Below, one piece after another: positions 39,657 through 49,747 of a stretch of 64,000 nucleotides of DNA (position 1 is its first letter; every line of letters starts with the position of its first letter). Under the pieces are notes generated by a model, which did not search any database, was not told the DNA's origin, and saw only the letters and a list, made by a program, of their open reading frames with translations. The translations under genes were made by a program, and so were the position numbers. The stretch spans positions 64,001-128,000 of IMG/VR virus record IMGVR_UViG_3300032086_003797; one strand, 5' to 3'. Source of the DNA: a virus.

Positions 39657-40472
39657 ATGACTCATATTGATAGAAACAAATTAATTGGTGAGCAAATATT
39701 GCGCAAACATATTCGCAAAAAGCTTATCGAAAGAAAAAATAGACTAACTGAGCAAGAGGACAAATTCCGTTCTTTGGTTAAAAAATTGTTATCCGAGGTA
39801 GAGACAGATGAAACCTCAACTAGATCTACTGGGATTAACGTGCTGGCAGATCTGCTGAAACGAATTGTTCCTATCTTAGAAGATTCTTATATGATGCTAA
39901 CAACCAGCGCCGAGCAGAGGAATTCTTTTCGCAATCATATTATTGCAGCAGCTAAAAATAGTTTAGTTCCTGTAGATGCTGGTAAAAACGCTGCTAATGA
40001 AAACGTAGTATATGATCTTACTCAGCTTCTTGAAAAAGTTCAAGTAACTCTGGACGATGATGCTGAAGGTGATGGAACAGAACAAATTGCTGGTGATTTT
40101 ATCGATATTGAACCTGCTGAAGAAGATGTGCTGGATGATTTTGGTATTTCTGGTGAGGATGCTACAGGAAGAAACTTTGCACAAAAGACATTTGAAAGAA
40201 TTGAAACTCAAATTGTAGATCACTATGAAATGTTAGCTGACCCTGAGGATAAAGATGTTTTCAGAGAATACTTGCTAACCAACCTCATGTTGTATTTTGA
40301 TAAGTTCGAGGATTCTCTAGCAGTTGATCCAGGTGAAGAGACTACTCCTGAATATGAAGAGGAGAAAGCTGAGTCTGATGCCGAAACTGATCCAGTCGAT
40401 GATGCAGCAGATGATGCAGCCGAAGACTTAGGTGATGATGAAGAAGAAGGCGAAGAGCCACCACCAGCGTAA
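39657..40472 (+). CDS. Acidic hypothetical protein (possible head-internal protein)
   Basis: Start MTHID; LRKHIRK.LIE..LTE..LLSE motifs; D/E-rich tail. Confidence 0.65.
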   Translation: MTHIDRNKLIGEQILRKHIRKKLIERKNRLTEQEDKFRSLVKKLLSEVETDETSTRSTGINVLADLLKRIVPILEDSYMMLTTSAEQRNSFRNHIIAAAKNSLVPVDAGKNAANENVVYDLTQLLEKVQVTLDDDAEGDGTEQIAGDFIDIEPAEEDVLDDFGISGEDATGRNFAQKTFERIETQIVDHYEMLADPEDKDVFREYLLTNLMLYFDKFEDSLAVDPGEETTPEYEEEKAESDAETDPVDDAADDAAEDLGDDEEEGEEPPPA

Positions 40473-40589
40473 AATAAATTTAACGCTTTCCTAGCCTCAG
40501 GTATAATGAGCCTACTTAGCCTTTAAACTTATAAAAAAAGCTTATTGCCTTTACAATAATTAATTTTAAGTATATACTGTTAACATGAT

Positions 40590-40912
40590 GGGGGTAAACG
40601 GTATCGATTGATAGGGAAATAGAAAAGGTGCAAGGGTGAGGGAAGCGTGGCTCACTAAAAACGCTTAACTTCTAATCGCAAACGACGATTTTCAACTAGC
40701 ACAAGCAGCTTAATAACCTGACTTGACTTGAGGCGACGGCAGCCAAAAAACAGAAAGCCGTATTGTGTCTTGTAAGTGCTTTTGATTATCTCAGCCATAA
40801 TAAGATGATCTAGTCAAGTGGTCTGTCCGACGATAAAAACAGTTCTAACCTTGTGAATGACCTCTCTGTGGAACTAGGCAAGACGGGAGTTCGATTCTCC
40901 CTACCTCCACCA
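40590..40912 (+). ncRNA. ssrA: tmRNA, tag ANDDFQLAQAA
   Basis: GGGGGTA/TACCTCC-ACCA acceptor with G3:U70, T-arm GGGAGTTCGATTCTCCC, pk1 GTGAG/CTCAC + AAGCGT/ACGCTT, tag 40678-40713. Confidence 0.93.
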
Positions 40913-40940
40913 GCCGCCCTTCGGGGCGGCTTTTGTTTTT
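40912..40940 (+). terminator. Intrinsic terminator
   Basis: AGCCGCCC-TTCG-GGGCGGCT plus T-run. Confidence 0.9.
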
Positions 40941-40971
40941 GTACAACTACTTATAACGAGAAGAGGTTTAT

Positions 40972-42273
40972 ATGAAAACTATAGTTATCGATACCAACGT
41001 GTATCTTACCGATGTAAGGGCTTTGTACTCTTTTGGTCAACACAATATTGCAATCCCAACCATAGTGTTAGATGAGATTGACAAACATAAGCACAGACAA
41101 GATACAGCAGGTCTCAACGCTCGGACAATGAATCGAGTATTAGATTCCCTCAGAGCTAAAGGGAGTTTATTTGTAGGAGTGCAAATAGATGACAACTTAG
41201 GTAAGGTTTTCGCTGCGCAGTATGACCCAAGATATATGCCAGTTGGGATGAATTCAGGAGACTCAGATAATAAAATAATTTGTACTGCTCTTAGACTGAA
41301 GATGGAAGGTCGTGAGGTAGTAGTGGTGTCTCGTGACGTTAATATGCGTGTTAAATGTGATGCGTTTGGTGTGGTAGCATATGACTATCAGCCTGCTCAG
41401 GTTGTAGAATCGGTTGACAGACTCTATAGCGGCAAAGTTACATTAGAGGTACCGCCAGAAACTATTGACAAATTTTATCAACAAGGAGAGGTCGAGGCTC
41501 CTGAAGGTGTCAAATTATATCCTAATCAATTTGTTACCTTGAAGGCTCACGATGACGATAGCAAATCCGCAATAACAAGGTATATGGATGAGCATACACC
41601 CTTACAAAAGATCAACGCATATAAGAGGATTTGGGGACTGTCCCCAAGAAATACAGAACAAAAGTTTGCAATGGACTTGCTATTTGATAGAAGTGTTGAT
41701 ATAATATCCTTGACAGGGAAAGCAGGAACTGGTAAAACACTTATAGCAGCGGCATGTGGATTAGAACAAGTTATTAATAGCACAGCAGCTAAAGGTGGAT
41801 ATGATCGATTGATTGTCACCAGACCAGTGCAGCCAATGGGGAGAGACATTGGGTTTTTGCCTGGGACTTTAGAAGAAAAGATGATGCCTTGGATTGCCCC
41901 ACTGAAGGATAACTTAGAATATTTATTTGGTAATCGCATGGCTTTGGAAGAACAGATGGACCAAGGGACAGTGGAAATCGAAGCGATGACTTATATCCGT
42001 GGTCGTTCAATTGCCAATGCATTTATAATTGTAGATGAAGCACAAAATTTAACATCTCATGAATTAAAGACTATAATAACAAGAGTTGGAGATGGTACTA
42101 AATTAGTATTGACAGGTGATGTAGAACAGATAGACAATTCTTACGTTGATTCAGTCTCCAATGGACTAACCCATGCGGTAGAGAAATTTAAAGAGTATTC
42201 AATTGCAGGACATGTTACATTGAAAAAAGGGGAGAGAAGTAGGCTAGCAGGTATTGCTGCTGAAATATTATAA
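40972..42273 (+). CDS. phoH: PIN-PhoH (PhoH2-type) protein
   Basis: VIDTNV PIN N-terminus; GKAGTGKT, IGFLPG, YIRGRSI, DEAQN. Confidence 0.93.
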   Translation: MKTIVIDTNVYLTDVRALYSFGQHNIAIPTIVLDEIDKHKHRQDTAGLNARTMNRVLDSLRAKGSLFVGVQIDDNLGKVFAAQYDPRYMPVGMNSGDSDNKIICTALRLKMEGREVVVVSRDVNMRVKCDAFGVVAYDYQPAQVVESVDRLYSGKVTLEVPPETIDKFYQQGEVEAPEGVKLYPNQFVTLKAHDDDSKSAITRYMDEHTPLQKINAYKRIWGLSPRNTEQKFAMDLLFDRSVDIISLTGKAGTGKTLIAAACGLEQVINSTAAKGGYDRLIVTRPVQPMGRDIGFLPGTLEEKMMPWIAPLKDNLEYLFGNRMALEEQMDQGTVEIEAMTYIRGRSIANAFIIVDEAQNLTSHELKTIITRVGDGTKLVLTGDVEQIDNSYVDSVSNGLTHAVEKFKEYSIAGHVTLKKGERSRLAGIAAEIL

Positions 42274-42965
42274 TGAGTACAGAAAACTATATTCGTAAAA
42301 CATCCAATGTTATTAGAGAAAGCATGTCTATCAATCAAGTGGGTATCGATATCGGCGCAGACATACCAAATGACATAAACCTATCTAAGGTATTAATTAC
42401 TCTCAAAGGTTCTGTACCAAGTGCATATTTTAAGAAGCTGGAAGGCATCAAGGTAGTTGACTTAGAAGAGTTCGACAGAAGAAATATTAGCGCAAAGTAT
42501 TCATCAGGCGATCATATTCTATATGTTAGTGCTAAGCGACAAGATGACAATGCTGATATGTTGGATGATCTAATACACGAGATAGGACATCATGCCGAAT
42601 ACCTATATGACGATTTTATATATGGCGATAATATTATCAGAGATGAGTTTGAAATGAAACGAATGGAACTACGATTTGAGGTTGCTGCCGATGGTTATGA
42701 TTACACTCAATTTGATTTCAAAGATACAGCCTACAATCCAGATTTTGATACATTCTTATACAAGAGGATTGGCAAAGAAAAAATTAAGATGATGACTGCT
42801 GGCATGTTTGTTAGACCATACCAAGCCATGTCACTGCGTGAATATTTTGCAGTCGGGTTTGAGCAATATTATCTTGGTAATCATAAAACTTTACATCGTG
42901 ACTGTCCTGTGTTATATAAAAGACTAGAAGAGCTAGACTCAGAAGCCAGAAAAGAAAGTAGATAA
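42273..42965 (+). CDS. Zincin-like HExxH protein
   Basis: IHEIGH...REYFA. Confidence 0.65.
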   Translation: MSTENYIRKTSNVIRESMSINQVGIDIGADIPNDINLSKVLITLKGSVPSAYFKKLEGIKVVDLEEFDRRNISAKYSSGDHILYVSAKRQDDNADMLDDLIHEIGHHAEYLYDDFIYGDNIIRDEFEMKRMELRFEVAADGYDYTQFDFKDTAYNPDFDTFLYKRIGKEKIKMMTAGMFVRPYQAMSLREYFAVGFEQYYLGNHKTLHRDCPVLYKRLEELDSEARKESR

Positions 42966-43796
42966 GTGAAAAAACACATCTCTTATTCCGAGTGGAAGGA
43001 CTGGTCCATCTGTCCTTATTATCATAAATTAGTACATATTGATAAGCTCAAAGGCTTTGAGGGCAATATCTACACAGCTTTCGGAAAAGCTCTGCACGAG
43101 ACGATTGAAGTTGATATCGTAAAAGATAAGGTAGGTAACATTGATGAAATGGTTAGAAACTTCCAGTCCATTCTTAAGAAAGAAATAAAGAGCTTACCTG
43201 AAGAAGAAAAAAAGCGCATACTATCAGACTTTGATATCAAGTCTTGGTTATCTCAAGGAACTGAAATTGTCAAAGAAGTATATTCTGCTCTGACAGAAAG
43301 GTTTGGCGACTACGGCATTGGCTGGGAAGTATTAGCGGCTGAAGAGAAACTTTATGAGGATGTAAACTATTTTGACACAAAGAAGAAGTTCAAAGGGTTC
43401 ATTGATCTTGTGGTGTATAACAAACATGATGAAAAAATATACCTGATTGATTGGAAGACTACTTCGTGGGGATGGAATAGTAAAAAGAAATCAGATTCAA
43501 CCTTGGCATATCAGCTAGCGTTTTATAAGTATTTCTATTCACAAAAGTATGAAGTGGATATGAAAGATGTAGAAACCTATTTTGTGCTACTAAAAAGGAC
43601 TGCCAAGGTTGGAAAGAAGGTAGAATTTGTTAGAGTTACCACTGGTCCTAAAAGAATCGAAAATGCTCTTAACACTTTGAAGAAAGCCATCTATAATATA
43701 GATCGAGGCAATTATATCAAGAATAAACTAAACTGTACAAACTGTCAGAAGAGGTTTGGAAACTGCACGTTTTACAATACAGAGTATTGTCCATAG
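42966..43796 (+). CDS. PD-(D/E)xK (RecB/Cas4-like) exonuclease
   Basis: ISYS..CP, GKALH, GFIDL, IDWKT, QLAFY, C-terminal Cys. Confidence 0.85.
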   Translation: MKKHISYSEWKDWSICPYYHKLVHIDKLKGFEGNIYTAFGKALHETIEVDIVKDKVGNIDEMVRNFQSILKKEIKSLPEEEKKRILSDFDIKSWLSQGTEIVKEVYSALTERFGDYGIGWEVLAAEEKLYEDVNYFDTKKKFKGFIDLVVYNKHDEKIYLIDWKTTSWGWNSKKKSDSTLAYQLAFYKYFYSQKYEVDMKDVETYFVLLKRTAKVGKKVEFVRVTTGPKRIENALNTLKKAIYNIDRGNYIKNKLNCTNCQKRFGNCTFYNTEYCP

Positions 43797-43808
43797 GAGG
43801 AACAAGAC

Positions 43809-45065
43809 TTGGCAGATAAAAAAATAAAAATACTAACCCTGAGTGACCATCCGCTCTTACCATCAGGGGTAGCTACGCAGACAAAGTATATCATCGAGGC
43901 TTTGTTAAAAACTGGTAAGTTTTCTATCCTGTCTTTGGGCGGCGCTGTAAAGCATAATAATTACAACCCCACTAAGACTGAAGAGTATGGGGACGATTGG
44001 GTGATCATACCAGTGGATGGTTATGGTACTCCCGATCATATCAGAAGTATCCTGCATAATGAAAAGATCGATATGATTTATTTCATGACAGATCCACGTT
44101 TCTATGGGTGGTTGTGGGAGATGGAGGATGAAATACGACCTCTAGTACCTATGGTCTACTATCATGTATGGGATAATAAACCATATCCAACCTTCAACAA
44201 AAGATGGTACGAGTCTACGGATGTGATAGCTACTATATCAAAAGTAACAAGTGATATAGTACAGACAGTTTCTCCAGACGTGGAAGAACATTATATTCCT
44301 CATGCAGTCGATGAGAAAATATTTAGAAAACTTAAAGATGAAGAAATAGCAATTGTAAGAGCTAACAACCCACTAACTAAGGGTAAGTTTGTAGCTTCCT
44401 GGGTTAATAGAAACGCTAGAAGAAAACAGAGTGGCACACTTTTATTCTGGTGGAAAGAATTCTGCGATCGAGTTGGGCATGATAAAGCAGTATTAGTAAT
44501 GCATACGGACCTAAGAGATCCACATGGTCAACCACTAGATGTATTAGCGGGACATCTTGGACTTGATAAGGGACAAGTGATGTTTTCAACAGAAAAGATT
44601 GCACCTGAACACTTATCAACAATTTATAATATGGCAGATGTTGCCATCAATATATCTGATGCTGAGGGATTCGGCTTAGGAACTCTAGAAGCATTATCAT
44701 GTGAGACCCCAATTATTGTTAATATGACAGGCGGCTTACAAGAGCAGGTTACAGATGGTAAGGAATGGTTTGGTGTAGGTATTGAACCTGCATCTAAGGC
44801 TATCATTGGTTCTCCGCAGGTTCCATGGATATACGAAGATAGGATGAACAAGGATGATTTTGTGAATGCCCTAGAAAAAATGTATAATATGACACATGAA
44901 GAACGCCAAGAGTTAGGCAAAAAAGGTGCCGCTCATGTAAAGAAAAATTATGGGTTTGATAAATTTCAAAAACGCTGGGTTGATCTTATGTTAGATATAC
45001 ATGAAAGACATGGCTCGTGGGATACGAGAAAAGGATATAAAGCTTGGGAGGTAATAGACCTGTGA
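43809..45065 (+). CDS. Glycosyltransferase, GT-B (GT4)
   Basis: NRNARRK, EGFGLGTLEALSC. Confidence 0.9.
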   Translation: MADKKIKILTLSDHPLLPSGVATQTKYIIEALLKTGKFSILSLGGAVKHNNYNPTKTEEYGDDWVIIPVDGYGTPDHIRSILHNEKIDMIYFMTDPRFYGWLWEMEDEIRPLVPMVYYHVWDNKPYPTFNKRWYESTDVIATISKVTSDIVQTVSPDVEEHYIPHAVDEKIFRKLKDEEIAIVRANNPLTKGKFVASWVNRNARRKQSGTLLFWWKEFCDRVGHDKAVLVMHTDLRDPHGQPLDVLAGHLGLDKGQVMFSTEKIAPEHLSTIYNMADVAINISDAEGFGLGTLEALSCETPIIVNMTGGLQEQVTDGKEWFGVGIEPASKAIIGSPQVPWIYEDRMNKDDFVNALEKMYNMTHEERQELGKKGAAHVKKNYGFDKFQKRWVDLMLDIHERHGSWDTRKGYKAWEVIDL

Positions 45066-46315
45066 AAAAAGTATTTGTTAGAGCGCCAGTACTGACAAGA
45101 AGTGGGTATGGCGAACACGCTAGGATGATTGTAGATGCATTATCAACCAGACCAGAGTTATTTGATATATATTTAGAACCAATCAATTGGGGTAATACCC
45201 CATGGATCACAGATCACGATCATAGAAGGAAATATTATGATTTCCTCACCAGAAAGAAACAAACCTACCAGGGACCGTTCGATCTATCAGTGCAAGTATC
45301 CATACCTCCAGAGTTCAAAAAATATGCTACTAAAAATATCGGCATCACAGCAGGCATAGAGACTGATCGAGTTTCCCCTAGTTGGATCAACTTTGCAAAT
45401 CAAATGGATTTAATGATCGTAACTTCCAAACATGCACAAGATGGCTTTATGAGAAATGATGTTCAGGCACAAATGCCTAATGGTCATAAAGTCCCACTCA
45501 AGTACAACGTGAATACAAAGGTAATTAATTACCCTGTAAAATATACAGAACCAGAAGACTTATCAGAATCGCTTCAGTTACCTAATGATTTCAACTTCCT
45601 TACAATTTCACAGTGGGGTCCGAGGAAGAATTTACCTGCATTGGTTAAATGGTTTGTTGAAGAATTTCATGATGAGGGTGTAGGCTTAGTGGTAAAAACA
45701 AATAAAGCTAAAAACTGCCTGTCTGACAGGATGGTATGCACTGACATGATGAAGAGTATTCTAAAGTCATTCCCAGATAAGAAATGTAGTGTACATCTTT
45801 TACATGGAAGTATGACAGAGGAAGAGATTCATGGTATTTATCTACACCCTAAAATCAAAGCATATGTTACTACAACACATGGCGAAGGTTATGGACTGCC
45901 TTTGTTTGAGGCAGCATACAGTGGAATGCCGATAGCAGCACCAGGCTGGTCGGGTCAAATGGATTTCTTATGTATCGATAAAAAGAAAAAGAATGGCAAG
46001 TCAAGTAGGCAAACTATGTTTGAAAAGATCGGTTATGATTTAGCTCCTATTCAACAAGAGGCAGTTTGGGAAAATGTTCTTGAGAAAGATAGTCAGTGGT
46101 GCTACCCAAAAGAGCATAAAACAAAATCTGCTATGAGGAAGCTGTATACAAATTATAGTGCTAAGAAGAACACAGCCAATGTATTGAAAGAATCCTTATT
46201 TGAGACACATTCAGAAGAAATAATCCAAAAGAAAGTAGTGGATGCAATTTTAGACGTCTGTCCTGATACTAGCAAGGGTTGGCAGTCTGAAATAGCTGAA
46301 GTTGGTACGTTATAA
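45062..46315 (+). CDS. Glycosyltransferase, GT-B (GT4)
   Basis: SGYG, RKN, EGYGLPLFEAAYSG. Confidence 0.9.
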   Translation: MKKVFVRAPVLTRSGYGEHARMIVDALSTRPELFDIYLEPINWGNTPWITDHDHRRKYYDFLTRKKQTYQGPFDLSVQVSIPPEFKKYATKNIGITAGIETDRVSPSWINFANQMDLMIVTSKHAQDGFMRNDVQAQMPNGHKVPLKYNVNTKVINYPVKYTEPEDLSESLQLPNDFNFLTISQWGPRKNLPALVKWFVEEFHDEGVGLVVKTNKAKNCLSDRMVCTDMMKSILKSFPDKKCSVHLLHGSMTEEEIHGIYLHPKIKAYVTTTHGEGYGLPLFEAAYSGMPIAAPGWSGQMDFLCIDKKKKNGKSSRQTMFEKIGYDLAPIQQEAVWENVLEKDSQWCYPKEHKTKSAMRKLYTNYSAKKNTANVLKESLFETHSEEIIQKKVVDAILDVCPDTSKGWQSEIAEVGTL

Positions 46316-47958
46316 TGAATTTTATTTTTATAGCAGACGTCTTTGCAGATGAAATACCAGGCGGCGGTGAGCTTGTTAATGATCTTGTGTGCCAAGGTCT
46401 AGAGAATAGGGGTCACCATGTTAGGAAAGTTAGATCAGAAAATCTAACGCCAGTGGATCTAGAGAACGCCATTATGAATGGGCAGTGTGTTATATTAGCT
46501 AATCACCTATTAGTATCAGACAGATGTAAGCAAATGCTTCGAGATTTATCAATGAACAGTAATAAATTTCGTTTTATAATATATGAACATGATCATAAAT
46601 ATATTGAAGGCAGAGATCCATCTAAATATGAAAACTTTACTGCACCTGACCCAACACACATAAATGGTCCAGGTCTGTACGCTACTGCTAAGGTATTATG
46701 CCAAAGTAAAATTCATAAAGACGTATTACAAAGAAATATTTCTGTAGCAGATGCGGTTAATCTTGAATGCTCTATTTGGAGTGATAATTTTATTGAGGCT
46801 GCGGAGAACTTAAAAATTGTAAAGACAAAATCTGCGGCAATATTGAAGTCTACAAACCCAACTAAAAACCAAATTGCAGCAGAAATGTATTGCAGAAGCA
46901 ATAATATTGAGTATGATTTAGTTGCTGCGGATAACCCAGTAGAACTTCTCAAGGTATTATCTCAATATGAGAAGTTTGTATTTTTCCCAGCGGTGCTGGA
47001 GACATTCTGTCGAACCATAGTAGAAGCAAAATTAGCTGGGTGCAAGATCATTACAAACCCAAAACTTCTTGGGGTCGCAAGTGAGGAATGGTTTACTAGC
47101 GGCACTAGAGAAGATATAATAAACAAAATGAAGGGCTCGCTTGATAATACATTAGATATAATAGAAAACACTTTTAAAGAAGCCAGTTTACGGCATGAAA
47201 CTCCTGAAGCTCTGGGCTCTGACATAACAGTAATTCTCAATTCTTATCGCCGCCCATATAATTTAGAGAAACAGATAAAGGCAATCAGGGAACAGTCTGC
47301 TCCACCAAAAGAAATATGGTTATGGATCAATGATCATGAAGATAACAGAGATTTTGATCATACTAAATTAGACGTTGATAGAATATTCCACAATAATCAC
47401 AATTGGAAGTTTTACGGTCGATTTGCAGCGGCACTTCTAGCAGATACAGAGTTTATTGCTATCTTCGATGATGACACAATACCAGGCAGTGATTGGTTTT
47501 CATGTTGCTACAAATCGTTTGCCCACAGGCAAGCTATTCTTGGTAGTGCAGGGGTGGTGCTAAATAGTTCTGAGTCATACGCTGATCATGACCGAGTTGG
47601 CTGGCCTAGCCAAAATAAGGATATGGAAAGAGTTGACTTAGTAGGTCATGCTTGGTTCTTCAAAAGAGATTGGTTACAATATTTATGGAGAGAAAAGCCA
47701 TATACTTGGGACAACGGAGAAGATATACAATTTTCATATCTAGCGCAAAAATATGGAGGTATTGAAACATATGTACCTCCTCATCCCCCAGGTATGCCAC
47801 ATTTACATGGGTCAATTTTAGGTAATGAACTAGGGATTGATGACAAGGCGACATCAACAAACAGTGCAGTCTCTCATGAGCAATTCTTTAGCGAGAGAGA
47901 CCGCTGCGTCAAAAACGCTATCCAAGGTGGATGGGCGACAGTTAGGAACCTAAAGTGA
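46315..47958 (+). CDS. Two-domain glycosyltransferase (GT-B-like + GT2-like)
   Basis: GGGE..ETFCRTIVEAKLAG; then ITVILNSYRR..FDDD..GEDI. Confidence 0.75.
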   Translation: MNFIFIADVFADEIPGGGELVNDLVCQGLENRGHHVRKVRSENLTPVDLENAIMNGQCVILANHLLVSDRCKQMLRDLSMNSNKFRFIIYEHDHKYIEGRDPSKYENFTAPDPTHINGPGLYATAKVLCQSKIHKDVLQRNISVADAVNLECSIWSDNFIEAAENLKIVKTKSAAILKSTNPTKNQIAAEMYCRSNNIEYDLVAADNPVELLKVLSQYEKFVFFPAVLETFCRTIVEAKLAGCKIITNPKLLGVASEEWFTSGTREDIINKMKGSLDNTLDIIENTFKEASLRHETPEALGSDITVILNSYRRPYNLEKQIKAIREQSAPPKEIWLWINDHEDNRDFDHTKLDVDRIFHNNHNWKFYGRFAAALLADTEFIAIFDDDTIPGSDWFSCCYKSFAHRQAILGSAGVVLNSSESYADHDRVGWPSQNKDMERVDLVGHAWFFKRDWLQYLWREKPYTWDNGEDIQFSYLAQKYGGIETYVPPHPPGMPHLHGSILGNELGIDDKATSTNSAVSHEQFFSERDRCVKNAIQGGWATVRNLK

Positions 47959-48743
47959 AAGATTTTAAGCAAGAGTTTGATAAATTCAAGTCAAAGATAG
48001 AATCGGGAGAAAACTTTGCATTTGCTAGGTTTTCAGATGGTGAAATGTTCATCATGCAAAATCAAACAGTTGTTTTAGCCCCTGGTTATTTTGTTACGGG
48101 TGATCGTATTGGGCACAACATATACACTAAAGAAGAGCAGAAAGAATTCCTACCAAATAAACATCAGTTCCACCGTGAAAAGCTTATTGAAAGCTTTCAA
48201 TACAAAGCTGATAACTATTACAAAGGGATTTGTACTAAAACAGATGTCGGAGAAGAAAATTTCAAGTGGCAGATGGATCTCCATGGAGAAGGATATGAAA
48301 AAAACCTTACATTTGCTAATGTGTTCATAAACTCAAATTACCCCAGGTATGTAGAGGAAGTGGTCCCACTGTTTAAAAATAGGGATATTATTTATGTTGT
48401 CAATGAGTTGGCGGATTTATCTGGCTTGCCTTTCAAGGTAAAGAAAGAATTTCGTATAGGAAGCAACTGCATGGTTGACAATTATGATACAGTAGAGCAA
48501 GTCAAAGAATATATCGAAAAGAATAATGTCAAGGACCATATTATTCTTTGTTCAGCCGCTAGTTTAAGCAACTTTATAATACATCAATGTTTTATGGAGA
48601 ATCAGAACAATACATTCTTAGACACTGGCAGTGCTCTGAATCCTTACCAAAATTTGGAAGGCTGGCGCTTTACTAGAGGGTATCTAACCTCATATTGGAT
48701 GAAGAGTGATAGTCAGTATGGAAATCAAGTTGATGAGTGGTAA
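47955..48743 (+). CDS. GT-D/DUF1792-like glycosyltransferase
   Basis: FARFSDGE and LDTGSAL. Confidence 0.6.
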   Translation: MKDFKQEFDKFKSKIESGENFAFARFSDGEMFIMQNQTVVLAPGYFVTGDRIGHNIYTKEEQKEFLPNKHQFHREKLIESFQYKADNYYKGICTKTDVGEENFKWQMDLHGEGYEKNLTFANVFINSNYPRYVEEVVPLFKNRDIIYVVNELADLSGLPFKVKKEFRIGSNCMVDNYDTVEQVKEYIEKNNVKDHIILCSAASLSNFIIHQCFMENQNNTFLDTGSALNPYQNLEGWRFTRGYLTSYWMKSDSQYGNQVDEW

Positions 48744-49146
48744 ATTAAGAGTTGCTATTTGTAAAACAGAACACTGGGAATTCATTCGTAATCTACGGAA
48801 CCATCCTGATGTTAAACAAGGGTTTATACAACAAGAAGAAATCCTCCCAGCAACACATAAAAAGTATATGAAGCAACATTCTCGAAACTATTGGGTTTTG
48901 CTGAAGGATAATATACCTGTTGGGTTTGTTGGCAGTATTGAAGGTGATATAAGAGTAGCTGTACTGCCTGAGGAAAGTGGGAATGGTTACGGTAAAATAC
49001 TTATTAATCATGTAATGGAACAAAAGCCATATTCACATGCTAAGGTTAAGATTGCAAATGATGCTAGTCTTAAACTATTCGAGTCATGCGGCTTTAAAAA
49101 GAGATATTATATTTTGGAAAAAGAAGATGAAACAGAATCCATATGA
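48733..49146 (+). CDS. GNAT acetyltransferase (PseH-like)
   Basis: LRNHP, GNGYGK, NDASLKLFESCGF. Confidence 0.85.
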   Translation: MSGKLRVAICKTEHWEFIRNLRNHPDVKQGFIQQEEILPATHKKYMKQHSRNYWVLLKDNIPVGFVGSIEGDIRVAVLPEESGNGYGKILINHVMEQKPYSHAKVKIANDASLKLFESCGFKKRYYILEKEDETESI

Positions 49147-49747
49147 AGTAGTAAAGATGTTTGAGCAATCGGTAGCTGATTATACAGGAGCACCTTATGC
49201 GGTATCATTAGACTCCTGTACTAATGCCTTGTTTTTGTGTTGTATGTTTGAGGGCGTCAACGGTAAAGAAGTAACAATACCTAGACAAACTTATCTATCA
49301 GTACCGCAATCCATTATGCACGCTGGTGGAGAGGTGGTATTTGAAGACCTGCGTTGGCAAGGAATCTATCAGTTGAAACCATTCCCAATCTTTGATGCAG
49401 CTAAAAGATTTACTTCGGATATGTATAGACCTGGCACGCATATGTGTTTATCTTTTCATATTAAAAAGCACCTTAAGATCAGTAAAGGTGGGATGATCCT
49501 TACAGACAGCAAAGAAATGGCAGATTGGGCTAGAGAAGCTAGATATGAAGGTCGAAGTGAAGGAGTGAGGTATCAAGACGATGATATTAAGATGTTAGGG
49601 TGGAATATGTATATGACTCCGCAACAAGCGACACACGGCTTAACTCTGATGCAAAACTTCCCAAGGATAAATCCAGATATCCCAGAATCACCACCATATA
49701 GAGACTTAACAGAATTTACTTTATTTAAGGATTGTAAGACAAAATGA
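49127..49747 (+). CDS. Short DegT/DnrJ sugar aminotransferase-like protein
   Basis: SCTNALFL, DAA, SFHIKKHL..GGMI. Confidence 0.8.
   Translation: MKQNPYEVVKMFEQSVADYTGAPYAVSLDSCTNALFLCCMFEGVNGKEVTIPRQTYLSVPQSIMHAGGEVVFEDLRWQGIYQLKPFPIFDAAKRFTSDMYRPGTHMCLSFHIKKHLKISKGGMILTDSKEMADWAREARYEGRSEGVRYQDDDIKMLGWNMYMTPQQATHGLTLMQNFPRINPDIPESPPYRDLTEFTLFKDCKTK

Noticed and set aside
42966-43796. Cas4 of a CRISPR system
   Set aside because: No other cas genes or array; stand-alone PD-(D/E)xK nucleases are common in phages
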